In this document: in pieces, positions 46,898 to 57,138 of the stretch
Layout: each line of letters opens with the position of its first letter
How positions within the stretch are numbered: position 1 is the stretch's first letter
From: Candidatus Latescibacterota bacterium
Lineage (GTDB): Bacteria > Latescibacterota > UBA2968 > UBA8231
Direction: 5' to 3'
DNA length: 64,000 nucleotides
NCBI GenBank assembly: GCA_965221775.1
Contig: CBDCSU010000004.1
Location: forward strand, 96,001 to 160,000
Notes under the pieces: model-generated
The model's database searches: none
Seen by the model: the letters and a program-made list of their open reading frames with translations, nothing else
What the model was told of the DNA's origin: nothing
Made by a program: the position numbers and the translations under genes

Positions 46898-48250
46898 ATG
46901 CGGCCGAACGCTCGATGGATGGTGTTGGTCCTCATGTCCGTGATGACTCTCCAACTCGGCTCCGCCCACGGGCAGGCAGCGGAGTTGAGCCGCGGCAAGC
47001 GCTGGGTGCGCAGCCACCCGTTCACCACGATGGCGCTGACGATCGTGCCGAACACGTTCAACGCCGATCACTACGCCCGGGCCAACCTGACGAAGGTCCT
47101 GGCTTGGAAGATCAGGCCCAAGCTGCTGGAAAAGGCGGCGGCCAAGGGGCTGAGTTGGCACCAGCACGTGCGCCCGCACATGGACGGCCTGACCGACGAG
47201 CTCAAAGCCACGCTGCAGGGGCTGAATGCCGACTATCCCGGGCAGACGGGGTGGCTGGTCTGGGACGAGCCGAACCGGCCGAAGATGTTCAAGGCCGCCA
47301 GGACGGTGGAGTGGCTCAGACAGACCTATCCCGACGCCCTGGTCTACTCCTGCGCCTTTCCGATGGGCGCGACGGCGGAGAGGTACTACGGAGGGCCGGT
47401 GCCCGAGGGTGGTTACAGCTACGAAGACTACCTGCGCGACTTTGCCACGATCATTGACCCGGACGTGGTGCTGTTCAACGCCTATCCCTTCATGGAGGAC
47501 GGGGGGACGAAGAACCTCTTTCCCACGTTGATGACCGCACGCAAGACCGGCAAGGAGAGAGACGCGCCGTACTGGGCCTTCGTGCAGGCATACGCCGACG
47601 ACAGGCGCGGCTATCGCATGCCCAGTGAATCGGACGTGCGCATGCAGGTGTTCATGCACCTGACCTGCGGGTACACGGGGATCGCGTACTTCACCTACGA
47701 AGACCAGCAGGGTCCGGCCATGATCGAGGGGGGCACCGGCCGGCGTCGGCCGATCTACTACGACGTGGCCCGGCTGAACATCGAAGTGGGCAACCTCGGC
47801 GCGGCGCTGCGCTTCCTGGAGAGCACGGCCGTGCGCTACGTGCCGCAAGGCGGCAATGGTGTCCCCGACGGGGTGACCGCCTGGAAGCCGGGCGACGGGG
47901 GTGACACGATCATCGAGGCGATCACCATCGAAGGCGGCGAGCCCGCCCCGGGGAGAGACCTGCTCATCGGGTTCTTCAAGGACGACGATGGCCAGGACTA
48001 CTTCATGCTGACCAACCTGTGGCACGGCATGGGCGCGCCGTCGGCCGAGCGGGCGGTGACGGTGACGTTGACGCTGGACCCGAAGGTGCGAGTCATCGGC
48101 CGGCTGTCACGCGAGACGGGGCAGCCGGAAGCGTTGGCCGTCGAAAGGGGTGAGTTCCGCATCACCTTGCCCGGCGGCACGGGTGAGCTGCTGCGCTTCG
48201 GGGACTCCGGGTTCCCCGGGTTGGATCCGTCCGGGCGTCAAACCCGCTGA
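46898..48250 (+). CDS. Secreted hypothetical protein, glycoside-hydrolase-like barrel
   Basis: Signal peptide, VWDEP, NAYP, GIAYFTY; AAGGAG RBS. Confidence 0.7.
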   Translation: MRPNARWMVLVLMSVMTLQLGSAHGQAAELSRGKRWVRSHPFTTMALTIVPNTFNADHYARANLTKVLAWKIRPKLLEKAAAKGLSWHQHVRPHMDGLTDELKATLQGLNADYPGQTGWLVWDEPNRPKMFKAARTVEWLRQTYPDALVYSCAFPMGATAERYYGGPVPEGGYSYEDYLRDFATIIDPDVVLFNAYPFMEDGGTKNLFPTLMTARKTGKERDAPYWAFVQAYADDRRGYRMPSESDVRMQVFMHLTCGYTGIAYFTYEDQQGPAMIEGGTGRRRPIYYDVARLNIEVGNLGAALRFLESTAVRYVPQGGNGVPDGVTAWKPGDGGDTIIEAITIEGGEPAPGRDLLIGFFKDDDGQDYFMLTNLWHGMGAPSAERAVTVTLTLDPKVRVIGRLSRETGQPEALAVERGEFRITLPGGTGELLRFGDSGFPGLDPSGRQTR

Positions 48251-48305
48251 CTCTCATGTCGTCTGCTCATCGACATTCACGGGTTTCCTTCCGAGGGAGC
48301 GTCCT

Positions 48306-50852
48306 ATGCCGAAGTACAGGAGAGGCGGGTACGTTGGCTTTCTCACCGGACTGCTGGTGCTGATGGCCTCGATCGATCCGGCTGCGCACGCACAGATCGA
48401 ACTGGCCCATGCGGGAGAGGCCAGGGCTGTCATCGTGGCCGACGAGTGGGTGCCCGAAGCAACCGCGGCCTTCAGGCAGTTGTCCGTTTCCGCCGGGGAA
48501 GAGGGCGACCTTCTTGGTGAGACCTTCGAAGGAGCGACTGGTCAGCCCATCGAGACCCGGGGCTGGACGAACGTGGAGGGTGCGCATGTGGTCTCCCATG
48601 ACGGTGAGGAGTCGGGATACTCGGCCAGACCCCGCTCCCCGGGCTCTCCGCAGTTCGCGGCGGTTTCCGACAAGAAGCTGTCCCGGCCGCACACGGTCAC
48701 CGAGGACGCGCCGCTGACGCTGGAATATGTGCTCGCGCGGCCAGCCGACACCAGCCACGAGTCGTGGGCACACGCTGGCATTCATACGGAGGGTGGAGAG
48801 CGATGGGCCCATGGTGTCCACATCGCTCGGGGCGGAGATTTCTCCTTCGAGTTCGCGGCCGAAGGGGCCGATCCCGATCGCGTACCGATGCCCGGCGAGG
48901 CGGGCCGGGTATTGGATCTGAAGATGGAGATGCGGCCGGCCACCGTCCGGTGGTACTGGCGCAACCATGGGTCCGGCGAGCCATACAAGAGATGCCAGGA
49001 AGGGACGATCGCCGGCCCCGTAACGATCACCGGCGTTCGCATCAGCACGATGAGTCATCTCGGGGACAGCAAGAGAGATCTTGCCGGCATTCGACAGAAT
49101 GCGGCAACGGGCGACCTGAAGAAGTACCTCGACGTCGTCACCGGGGCAGAGTTCGCGATTGCGCGGCCAATGGAAGTCCCCGACGGCGTGGCGAGGATTC
49201 TCGTGGGCGATTCGCAGCACGCCCGAGCGCTTGCGCCCGACGTGGATTGGGACTCGCTGGGAACGGATGACATCGTGATCAAGACCGTCGGCAATTATCT
49301 GATACTGGCCGGGGGCCAACCACGCGGCACCGTGTACGCCATCTACACGTTTCTCCAGGACGCGCTCGGTTGCCGCTGGTGGGCACCTGGCGCCGCAAGC
49401 ATCCCCAGCCAGCCGAACTTGAGCGTGCCGCCGATGGATGTCGTGTACCGACCCCCTTTCAACATGCGCGTCCATGCCGGCACCTACGGCGCGACCCACG
49501 AACCGCGGGTCTGGCATCGGATGAGCTTCGACGTGAACTACGACTGGACCACCCACAGTTTCCCCAAACTGCTGCCCCCCAGTGAGCACTTCCTCGAGCA
49601 TCCCGATTGGTACATGTACTGCAAAGAGGATGGCAGTGAGGATGAGAGGTACAGCTATCTGTACACCCTCAGCGCGTTGGAGAGAGAGAGCAAGACCGAT
49701 CGGCCAGACTCCGCGTTGATCCGCCAGTATGTGGAAGTCGCCAGGCAGACCCGGCGCCTGCCCGGGCAGCCGTGCCCGAACAGCGAGGGGGGGGAGCGGA
49801 CGATTACCGCCAACGTCCTGGCCGAGCTGGAGCGCGACTATCCGGGCTGGATATATCCACAGAAGATTGCGTGGGTGCTTCAGGGGGACGGCCGGAACAT
49901 GTGCACGTGCGATCGCTGTGACGCGATGCGCCGGGAGGAAGGATCCGATGCGGCCAACTGGATGCGACTGGTCAATGCCATTGCGGAAAAGGTCGAGCGG
50001 AAGTATCCCGATGTCCTCGTCGGCATGTTTGCCTATCTGCATACCGAAGCGCCGCCCCGCACGATGCGTCCGCGGAAGAACGTGCTGGTCTACCAGGCGT
50101 TGCTCGACATGAACCGGCTGGACCCGGTGCCGAGCTACGCCTTTCACCGGGAGGCGATGAAGAAGTGGGCCGACATGAGCTCCCAGGTGTTCGTCTGGGA
50201 CTACGATGGCAACTTCCGCCATCACTTCCAGCCCCATCCGAACTACTTCAACATGGGTGTCAACGCCCGGTTCTTCCAGGAGATCGGGGTGGACGGCATC
50301 CTGCTCCAGGCCAGCTACGGGACCGCGGCGGACATGGGCCCCATGCGCACCTGGGTGGCCGGGCAGATGATGTGGGATCCACGACAGGACCAGCGAGAGC
50401 TGATGATAGAGTTTCTCAATGGCTACTACGGACCGGCTGGACCGTACTTGATGGAGTACATCGATGCCATGGTAGCCGCCGCGCACCGCCACGGTGACGA
50501 TTTCTGGCTGTCATGCTTCGAGACCGATACCGCCAACTGGGCGACCCTGGAGGATCTCAATGAGGCGACGCGTCTCTTCGATGAAGCGGCGGCTGCAATA
50601 GCCGGGGACGGGGTCTTGTCAGAGCGATTGTGGCTGGCTCGTTCGTCGATCGATATGGCCTGGTTGGACCGGTATGACGAGTTGCGTCAGGATGCGGAGC
50701 GCAGAGGGGTGCGGTTTGGCGGGCCAGAGAATCCAGCAGAGGTGGTGGATGGATGGGCACCCTATCGGCACGCATGGGGACAATTCAAGTTGCCGGGGCA
50801 GTTCTCGGAGTATTTCGACAGCATGCGAGAGAGATTTCCTTCGGCAAATTGA
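48306..50852 (+). CDS. DUF4838-domain secreted protein
   Basis: DLKKYL..VTG, RGTVYAIYTFL..LGCRWW, HPDWY, CTCDRC, FAYLHT, VWDY, FLNGYYGPA. Confidence 0.8.
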   Translation: MPKYRRGGYVGFLTGLLVLMASIDPAAHAQIELAHAGEARAVIVADEWVPEATAAFRQLSVSAGEEGDLLGETFEGATGQPIETRGWTNVEGAHVVSHDGEESGYSARPRSPGSPQFAAVSDKKLSRPHTVTEDAPLTLEYVLARPADTSHESWAHAGIHTEGGERWAHGVHIARGGDFSFEFAAEGADPDRVPMPGEAGRVLDLKMEMRPATVRWYWRNHGSGEPYKRCQEGTIAGPVTITGVRISTMSHLGDSKRDLAGIRQNAATGDLKKYLDVVTGAEFAIARPMEVPDGVARILVGDSQHARALAPDVDWDSLGTDDIVIKTVGNYLILAGGQPRGTVYAIYTFLQDALGCRWWAPGAASIPSQPNLSVPPMDVVYRPPFNMRVHAGTYGATHEPRVWHRMSFDVNYDWTTHSFPKLLPPSEHFLEHPDWYMYCKEDGSEDERYSYLYTLSALERESKTDRPDSALIRQYVEVARQTRRLPGQPCPNSEGGERTITANVLAELERDYPGWIYPQKIAWVLQGDGRNMCTCDRCDAMRREEGSDAANWMRLVNAIAEKVERKYPDVLVGMFAYLHTEAPPRTMRPRKNVLVYQALLDMNRLDPVPSYAFHREAMKKWADMSSQVFVWDYDGNFRHHFQPHPNYFNMGVNARFFQEIGVDGILLQASYGTAADMGPMRTWVAGQMMWDPRQDQRELMIEFLNGYYGPAGPYLMEYIDAMVAAAHRHGDDFWLSCFETDTANWATLEDLNEATRLFDEAAAAIAGDGVLSERLWLARSSIDMAWLDRYDELRQDAERRGVRFGGPENPAEVVDGWAPYRHAWGQFKLPGQFSEYFDSMRERFPSAN

Positions 50853-50931
50853 CCGAGAGTGGTTTCCCAGGGAGTGGGAGTTTCTCCAATCCCGTAGAGG
50901 CGGATCGTTCCAGCCAGTGGAGAGGGTATCG

Positions 50932-51129
50932 ATGATCTACAAGGTCGCGCTGCGAGAGTCCGATGAAGGATACAGCGTTTCTGTGCCGGGGCTACCCGGT
51001 TGCTGGTCCCAGGGAGCAACGGAGACGGAGGCGCTTGCAAACATCGAAGTGGCCATACGCGAGTATCTGGAAGCTGTCGACGAGCTCCTGGATAGCGGTG
51101 AAGTCCGAGAGGTCGAGTTGACCATTTAG
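50932..51129 (+). CDS. hicB: HicB family antitoxin
   Basis: YSVSVPGLPGCWSQGATETEALANIEVAI.EYL. Confidence 0.92.
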   Translation: MIYKVALRESDEGYSVSVPGLPGCWSQGATETEALANIEVAIREYLEAVDELLDSGEVREVELTI

Positions 51130-51345
51130 ATGCCGAGGATCCCAGGAGTCGGTCACCTACGGGCAGTACGTGCCCTTGAGAGGGCAGGATTCTATGTAGT
51201 CCGGCAGGGGAAACACACTGTAATGAGCGACGGTACCAGGATCCTGACAATCCCTCGAAGCAACCCCGTCAATGCCTTTACCATGGGCGGTATCGTTCGC
51301 GATGCTGGTCTAACGGTCGAGCAATTCCGCAATCTCTTGAACTAG
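51130..51345 (+). CDS. hicA: HicA family toxin
   Basis: VRALERAGF.VVRQGKH..M...TIP...IVRDAGLT. Confidence 0.92.
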   Translation: MPRIPGVGHLRAVRALERAGFYVVRQGKHTVMSDGTRILTIPRSNPVNAFTMGGIVRDAGLTVEQFRNLLN

Positions 51346-51441
51346 TGTTGTGTCGCAGAGATGTGTTCACAGCTGAACAGCTTTGGGCGCCAGCCTCTTG
51401 CCCTTGCGCCACTCGAGTCCTACGAGGTCCTGCTTGGAGCC

Positions 51442-52338
51442 ATGATCTACCCCTGTGCGGTCGAAGGCATCCTGCGGCAGGAGGGCCTCGATGATCCCGT
51501 CTTCCTCGGAGCGGGCGAGGATGCCTGGGCTTTCGCACTCTCCGACACCGAGGCGATCCGCATCTTCCCGCACGCGTCGCAAGACTTCGTCTCGGAGCTG
51601 GTGCGTCTCTACGAGCGACTCCAGGGACACTCCTTCTCCTTCCAGTGTCCGCGCATCCATGAGGTGCGGGTCCACGAGGGGATCGTCTACACCATCGAGG
51701 CGAGGCTGCCCGGACGGCCGATGGGGGAGTTCTGTCGGCAGGTCGATGGGGAAGCCCGGCGGCGGGTCCTGCGGAACTACCTGGGTGCGCTCCGGGAGCT
51801 TGGGGAGGTCGAGATTGGCGATCGCGACTTCGGGGGCCTGAGCGCTTCAGCGGTCTGGCCCACGGCCGGGACGTGGAGGGAGTTTCTCCGGCGGGCTCTG
51901 GAGACGTCGTGGCGGCAAGTCGGACCGGGGCTGACGGAAGAGTGCCCAGATCTTCGGCGGACCGTCTCGCGGCTCGAGGCGCTGATTGAAGAAGACCAGA
52001 TGAACTGGGACCGGAAGTCCCTTGTCCATGGCGACGCCTATCCCGGCAATGTGCTCGTCGATGACGACGGAGAGGTCGCAACGATCCTGGACTTCGGGCG
52101 GTACAGCCTGGTCGGAGACCCGCGCCTGGACGTGGCCATCGCCATCGAGCTCACCGAGATGGCTGGGGGTTTCAGCCCGGAGGACACGGAGTTCCTGCGC
52201 GGACTGATCGAGGAGGACCCGGCGGCGGCGGCCTACCGGGCCTGGACGGCGATCGTGCTGGCAGCCGTGTATGGCGGCGACTCCCGGATCGTGCGGAAGT
52301 GCATGAGAACCCTTCGTGAGACGGCTGGTCGGCTCTGA
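51442..52338 (+). CDS. Aminoglycoside phosphotransferase/choline kinase-fold protein
   Basis: LVHGDAYPGNVLV, ILDFG, GDPRLD; start 51442 or 51361. Confidence 0.85.
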   Translation: MIYPCAVEGILRQEGLDDPVFLGAGEDAWAFALSDTEAIRIFPHASQDFVSELVRLYERLQGHSFSFQCPRIHEVRVHEGIVYTIEARLPGRPMGEFCRQVDGEARRRVLRNYLGALRELGEVEIGDRDFGGLSASAVWPTAGTWREFLRRALETSWRQVGPGLTEECPDLRRTVSRLEALIEEDQMNWDRKSLVHGDAYPGNVLVDDDGEVATILDFGRYSLVGDPRLDVAIAIELTEMAGGFSPEDTEFLRGLIEEDPAAAAYRAWTAIVLAAVYGGDSRIVRKCMRTLRETAGRL

Positions 52339-52342
52339 CCCC

Positions 52343-52918
52343 ATGGCGGCGAGGTGGTCATCACCCCATGCACTCCGCGTGCAGAAAACGCGGCGGAGCA
52401 CCTTCGAACGCGAACGGGTCCGCTGGCCGATCTCTCTCCGCCGAAGGCAGTCGACGGATGCCGGCCGAATCTGGGTCTTCACCGATGGGGGCGGGAACGG
52501 CAGGTTCTCGGCGGTCGTCCTCCGTCCGGGAACCGAGGAGCACCGGATGGCCGGGCGGCGGGGAACCGCCACCAACAGCGTGGTGGCCGAGCTCGACGGG
52601 GTCGTGCTGGGTCTGGAGAGCTGTCGGCCCCGTGAGAGGGTCACCATCGTCTCCGACTACCTCTGGACGGCCTACTACATCAACGGCTGGCACCGGGTGC
52701 ATCACCCGCATCTGCGCGAAGCGGTGATCCGGGCGAGGTTCTGCCTCGAGGAGTTGGCGAGCGCCGTGTTCGTCCATTACGTGTTGGAGACGGGCGGCGA
52801 GTGCGCCTTCCGGCGATGGAACGCGGTCGCCCATGACCTGTGTCAGGAGCACCCGACCACGTGGCACTACTATCAAGACGCAGATTCAACTTCACTTCCC
52901 ATGGCGAGGCCACCATGA
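52343..52918 (+). CDS. RNase HI-like fold protein
   Basis: WVFTDGG, TNSVVAEL, VTIVSDY, WNAVAHDL; start uncertain. Confidence 0.65.
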   Translation: MAARWSSPHALRVQKTRRSTFERERVRWPISLRRRQSTDAGRIWVFTDGGGNGRFSAVVLRPGTEEHRMAGRRGTATNSVVAELDGVVLGLESCRPRERVTIVSDYLWTAYYINGWHRVHHPHLREAVIRARFCLEELASAVFVHYVLETGGECAFRRWNAVAHDLCQEHPTTWHYYQDADSTSLPMARPP

Positions 52919-54102
52919 CCAGCACTTTGACCGACCAACAGATCGCCGACTACCATTCTGACGGCTACCTCATCATCCGCGATGTCGTCTCCTCCCGGGA
53001 GACCTCGGAGCTGAGGCGAATCGTCCAGAGGATGGTTCGCGAAGAAGCGGACCCATCCTCTCGGAAGTACCCCGCGCCCGGCAAGTACACCATCGCCGGC
53101 AATCGGATGGCCGAACCCGGATTGGCGCCCATTGCCGAGCATCCGGCAGTGGTCGATGCCGTCGAGGCCGTACTGGGGCAAGCCGCTCATCTGACTGCCT
53201 ACGTCGCCTATCTGCGCGCTCCGGGCGACAAGGGCGGCAGTCCTCACTGCGACTACAAGCGATGGCGCCCCGTGGGCTCTTCGATGCGCTGGCTCTTCGC
53301 CATCATTCCGCTGAACGACTTCAACCGCGAATACGGCCCGCTGCTGGTCTCGCCCGGCTCCCACAAGCTCACGCGGGTCGTCGACCCGGAGGCGCACATC
53401 CTGGATGTGACGCCCCCCGATCGCGAGCAACTGCCCGACTTCGTCGATCCCGAGCTCAGGGCCGGCGACCTTCTGCTGATGGACATGCATACCTGGCACG
53501 ATGCACCGGCGGGGACGAGCACCGATGACCGCGTCGGGATCTTCAACAAGTACTGTGCCGTCAACGCGCCGCCCGCCGCGGGCTACTATCCATACGATCC
53601 CGCCGCCCACCATGCGATGAGCGACGCCGGCAAGCGGCTGATCCCCCTCCACTTCGACCGGCCGATCACGGACACGCGGCTCCTCATCGAATCGACATCC
53701 GGTGCGGAGCCGCGGTATCTCCTCACCAGCGCCGACGGCAACGGGAGCCGGGAACTGCCCGGCGGCCCGGGTCGGGAAGAGGAAAGGGCGGGCTGGGACA
53801 TCGGTTGTCGGATCGGCTCCCTGCAGTCCCTCGTCAAGAGCCGGCTGAACCTGGATCTCCCGTGGGCCTCCTACATCGAGGACGTGGCAACCGATGTCGG
53901 CGTATCCCGCGTCTACGGGTATGCGGACGGCGAGGTGGATCGCGGATCACTCGGCGCCGGAGACTGGTTCACGCACGACCAGCTCCTGAACATGCTCGGC
54001 GAGTCCCACTCCATCTGTCGCGCCGTCTCGACCTGGCACCGGGAGGACCTCATCCGGGGCCGAGGCAAGGCTGTCAGCCAGAAGGAAGTGCAGTTCGAAT
54101 AG
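52915..54102 (+). CDS. PhyH family dioxygenase with C-terminal Nudix-like domain
   Basis: LTDQQIADYHSDGY, PHCD, VSPGSH, TWH; C-terminal YLL...ELPGG. Confidence 0.82.
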   Translation: MTSTLTDQQIADYHSDGYLIIRDVVSSRETSELRRIVQRMVREEADPSSRKYPAPGKYTIAGNRMAEPGLAPIAEHPAVVDAVEAVLGQAAHLTAYVAYLRAPGDKGGSPHCDYKRWRPVGSSMRWLFAIIPLNDFNREYGPLLVSPGSHKLTRVVDPEAHILDVTPPDREQLPDFVDPELRAGDLLLMDMHTWHDAPAGTSTDDRVGIFNKYCAVNAPPAAGYYPYDPAAHHAMSDAGKRLIPLHFDRPITDTRLLIESTSGAEPRYLLTSADGNGSRELPGGPGREEERAGWDIGCRIGSLQSLVKSRLNLDLPWASYIEDVATDVGVSRVYGYADGEVDRGSLGAGDWFTHDQLLNMLGESHSICRAVSTWHREDLIRGRGKAVSQKEVQFE

Positions 54103-54112
54103 GTGATGGAAG

Positions 54113-55015
54113 GTGATGGCAGAGATCCGTCTGGAGTCGCTTCCTGATAGCGGTGGCTATTGGCTCTATCAGTTTGGCGATATGGTTCTGCGCACGGAGT
54201 CTCTGTCCAAAGCGGATCGCCAGCGAGTGATCCCTTTGGGGCAAGCCAGCGGCATCCTGATGGCCTATATAGCACGGCATCGCGATCTCTTGGAGAGGAA
54301 AAGGGTCATCGAGCCTTTTGCAGGTAGTGGTCCATTGGGTCTCCTGGCCCTTCACGTAGGAGCAGAGTCAGCTCATTTTGTGGATCTCAATCCCAGAGTC
54401 AGGGACTTCATTCACTACAATGCGATGAGGAACGACATACCCAGTCATCGCTATGCAGTCCACATTTCTGATGTAGAGAGGTTTCATCCCCAGGAGCCAT
54501 TCGATTGGCTCTTTGCCAACCCCCCTTTTGTCCCCACGCCTCCCGGAGTTCCGGGTGTCCTTCATTCAGCGGCCGGGCCGGATGGGAGTCGCCTGGCGGA
54601 ACTCTTGATAGCACGGATTCCACACTTGCTTCATGCCAGTGGCGAAGCCCTGATCTGTCTCTTGCAGTTGGAAGTAGCTGGGCGTCCATTGGTATCCCTG
54701 GCCTGCGAGGAACTTCTGCCGGATCGGTCTGTCGAGTTCACCAAGGGCTGGCAATACCAGCTTCCCTTCGAGCGCCTGGTTGCAGCCTACCGCGATCAGG
54801 TTCCTGAGAAGAGAGCCGCTATTGATGAGTGGTCTTTCTCTCTCTCGGAAGAACTGGGAGGAGAGCTGTTCATGGACTCGTATGTGATCCACATTGGGCC
54901 CGTGGGAGCTCAGCCGGGAGTACGTATCCGCAACTATGACGGAACAAAGTATGGCAATGGGTTTTTCCGCTCTCGTGACTCTTTGCATGAGGTTGTTGGG
55001 GAGAACTTGATTTGA
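54113..55015 (+). CDS. Class I SAM-dependent methyltransferase (NPPF type), lower GC
   Basis: IEPFAGSG, FVDLNP, FANPPFVP. Confidence 0.82.
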   Translation: MMAEIRLESLPDSGGYWLYQFGDMVLRTESLSKADRQRVIPLGQASGILMAYIARHRDLLERKRVIEPFAGSGPLGLLALHVGAESAHFVDLNPRVRDFIHYNAMRNDIPSHRYAVHISDVERFHPQEPFDWLFANPPFVPTPPGVPGVLHSAAGPDGSRLAELLIARIPHLLHASGEALICLLQLEVAGRPLVSLACEELLPDRSVEFTKGWQYQLPFERLVAAYRDQVPEKRAAIDEWSFSLSEELGGELFMDSYVIHIGPVGAQPGVRIRNYDGTKYGNGFFRSRDSLHEVVGENLI

Positions 55016-55096
55016 CAGCCGTCCTCTGAGCCCTATAGCTCGGTACGGCCAGACTGCGCAGACACGAGATAGCTCTTCTCTGCATTCGGAGCCTTG

Positions 55097-56365
55097 ATGA
55101 CACGCCATACCGTTGCCGGCCATCGACCGCGCGAGCACGCCCGCTACGGAGCCGCTTCCCAGCAGGAGGCCGAAGGACCGCTGCCGCAGCCCTTCCCGCG
55201 GCAGATCGGAGCGCGGGCCATGGAGTACCTCCAGGAGGTCGTCGACTCCGGTCTCACCAGCGACATGGGGACCCGTTTCGAGCAGGCCTTCGCCGAGGCC
55301 CACGGCGCCGCCTACTGCATCGCCACGCCGGGATGCACGCCGGCCCTGGCGGTGCTCGCAGCGGCCTTCGACTTCGAGCCGGGCGACGAGATCGTGGTCA
55401 GCTCGGTGAGCGACTACGGCACGGTGCAGGGTCTGATCAGCGCCGGCTACATCCCCGTCTTCGCCGACACCGCGCCCGGCACCGTGATCGTCGACGCGGA
55501 GACCGTGGAGGCCTGCATCTCCGAGCGCACCCGGGCGATCCTGGTCGTGCACCTGACGGGGCTGATCTGCGACATGGACGGCATCAACGAGGTCGCGGCG
55601 GGCCACGGGCTGGTCGTGTACGAGGACGCATGCCAGGCCGTCTTCGGCCGCTACAAGGGCCGCTGGGCCGGGACCCTGGCCGCGGCGGGCGCCTTCTCCT
55701 TCGACTCGGAGAAGACCATGGGTTCCGACGTGGGCGGCTGCATCCTCACCGACGACGACCGGCTGGCCGAGCGCGCCCGCTTCGTCGGCCAGAGCCGCGG
55801 CGGCGAGATGGTGGAGCACTTCGGGCGCGTGCACACGGTGAACGGCTTCGCCCACCGAATGACCCAGTCCACGGCCGCCATCAGCCTCGCCCAACTGGAG
55901 GTCATCTGTCCGCAGGTCGAGCACCGGGACCGTATGATCCGCCTGTTGAGCGCCCTCCTCGACGAGATCCCCGGCGTGTCGGCCCTGCCGATCCCGCCGG
56001 AGACCGAGGTCTACTCCTGCTGGATGGCGGGCTTCACCATCGACCCGGAGCAGTTTCGGTGCTCCACGGAGGAGTTCGGCGACCGCGTGGCGGCGGCCGG
56101 CATCCCGGGGGCGGGACAGGCGCGATACTACCTGCTGCCGGCGGCCTTGCCCTATCTCACCGAGGCGGCCGAGAGACGCAGCTACCCGTACTCGCAGCCG
56201 CCGGCGTCGCGGACCTACCGCTACGACGCGTCCACCTGCCCCAACGCGCAGGCCGTGCTGGAGCGCTTCGTCCGCTGGAGCAGTTTCTGCGAGAAGTACG
56301 AGCCCCGCCACTGCGAGCAGGCGGCGGAGATCGTGCGCCGCGTCGCCGAGGAGTGCAGGAGATGA
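55097..56365 (+). CDS. DegT/DnrJ/EryC1/StrS PLP-dependent aminotransferase
   Basis: PGDEIV, PVFAD, VVHLTG, EDACQA, FSFDSEKTM..DVGG. Confidence 0.9.
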   Translation: MTRHTVAGHRPREHARYGAASQQEAEGPLPQPFPRQIGARAMEYLQEVVDSGLTSDMGTRFEQAFAEAHGAAYCIATPGCTPALAVLAAAFDFEPGDEIVVSSVSDYGTVQGLISAGYIPVFADTAPGTVIVDAETVEACISERTRAILVVHLTGLICDMDGINEVAAGHGLVVYEDACQAVFGRYKGRWAGTLAAAGAFSFDSEKTMGSDVGGCILTDDDRLAERARFVGQSRGGEMVEHFGRVHTVNGFAHRMTQSTAAISLAQLEVICPQVEHRDRMIRLLSALLDEIPGVSALPIPPETEVYSCWMAGFTIDPEQFRCSTEEFGDRVAAAGIPGAGQARYYLLPAALPYLTEAAERRSYPYSQPPASRTYRYDASTCPNAQAVLERFVRWSSFCEKYEPRHCEQAAEIVRRVAEECRR

Positions 56366-57138
56366 CCGGGGCCGCTCTGCAGCTCGAGGCCCGCTACTAC
56401 CGGGCCCTGCCCATCGACCGCCCGGGATACGAGGAGGTGACGCTGTCGCTGCCGGTGGAGAAGACAGCCCTGGTGGGCATGCACTGCTGGAACATCGGCT
56501 GCCCCGACGGCCCGCCCGTGGACGTGGACTACTGCGTCGGCATGGGCTGGCCCCAGTCGACGGAGGAAGCCGGGCGCATCATGGCCGAGGTCATCCGCCC
56601 GGCCATGGACGAGGCCCGCGCCATTGGCATGGCGGTCTGCCACGTGGAGAGCGACTGGATGGACCACCAGTATCCCCACATCGAGTCGCGGCGCTCGGGC
56701 GGGCCGGGGTCTCTACACCCGTACCAGCAGGAGATGCTCGAACGGGCTCACGGCGTCGACTACATGAGACGCTCGCCGCTGGCGAAGATGCGCCGCGCCG
56801 AGGTCGTCTCGCCGGTGGGGGACGAGCCTCTCGTGTTCTACACCGACGTGCTCGACGAGTACCTCCGCGGCCGCGGCGTGGAGACCCTCATCTACATGGG
56901 CTTCGCCGCCGACATGTGCCTCCTCGGCGCCGAGGGGGGAGCCCGGGCGATGCTGGCCCGCGGCTATCGCTGTGTGGTCATGCGCGACGCCACCGTCGGC
57001 GTGGAGACCCCCGAGAGCTTCCCGCGGCGGCTGGCCACCGACTACGCCCTTCACATCTTCGAGTGGAGCCTCGGCTTCGGCTGCACCTCCGCGCAGTTCC
57101 GCGAGGCTGTCCACCGGTTGCGGGAGGAGCAGCCATGA
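56362..57138 (+). CDS. Isochorismatase/cysteine hydrolase-like protein
   Basis: KTALVGMHCW, LRGRGVETLIYMGFAADMCL, MRDAT; ATGA overlap. Confidence 0.8.
   Translation: MTGAALQLEARYYRALPIDRPGYEEVTLSLPVEKTALVGMHCWNIGCPDGPPVDVDYCVGMGWPQSTEEAGRIMAEVIRPAMDEARAIGMAVCHVESDWMDHQYPHIESRRSGGPGSLHPYQQEMLERAHGVDYMRRSPLAKMRRAEVVSPVGDEPLVFYTDVLDEYLRGRGVETLIYMGFAADMCLLGAEGGARAMLARGYRCVVMRDATVGVETPESFPRRLATDYALHIFEWSLGFGCTSAQFREAVHRLREEQP

Noticed and set aside
50932-51345. hicBA as a novel system
   Set aside because: Ordinary, well-known type II TA pair; kept as features only
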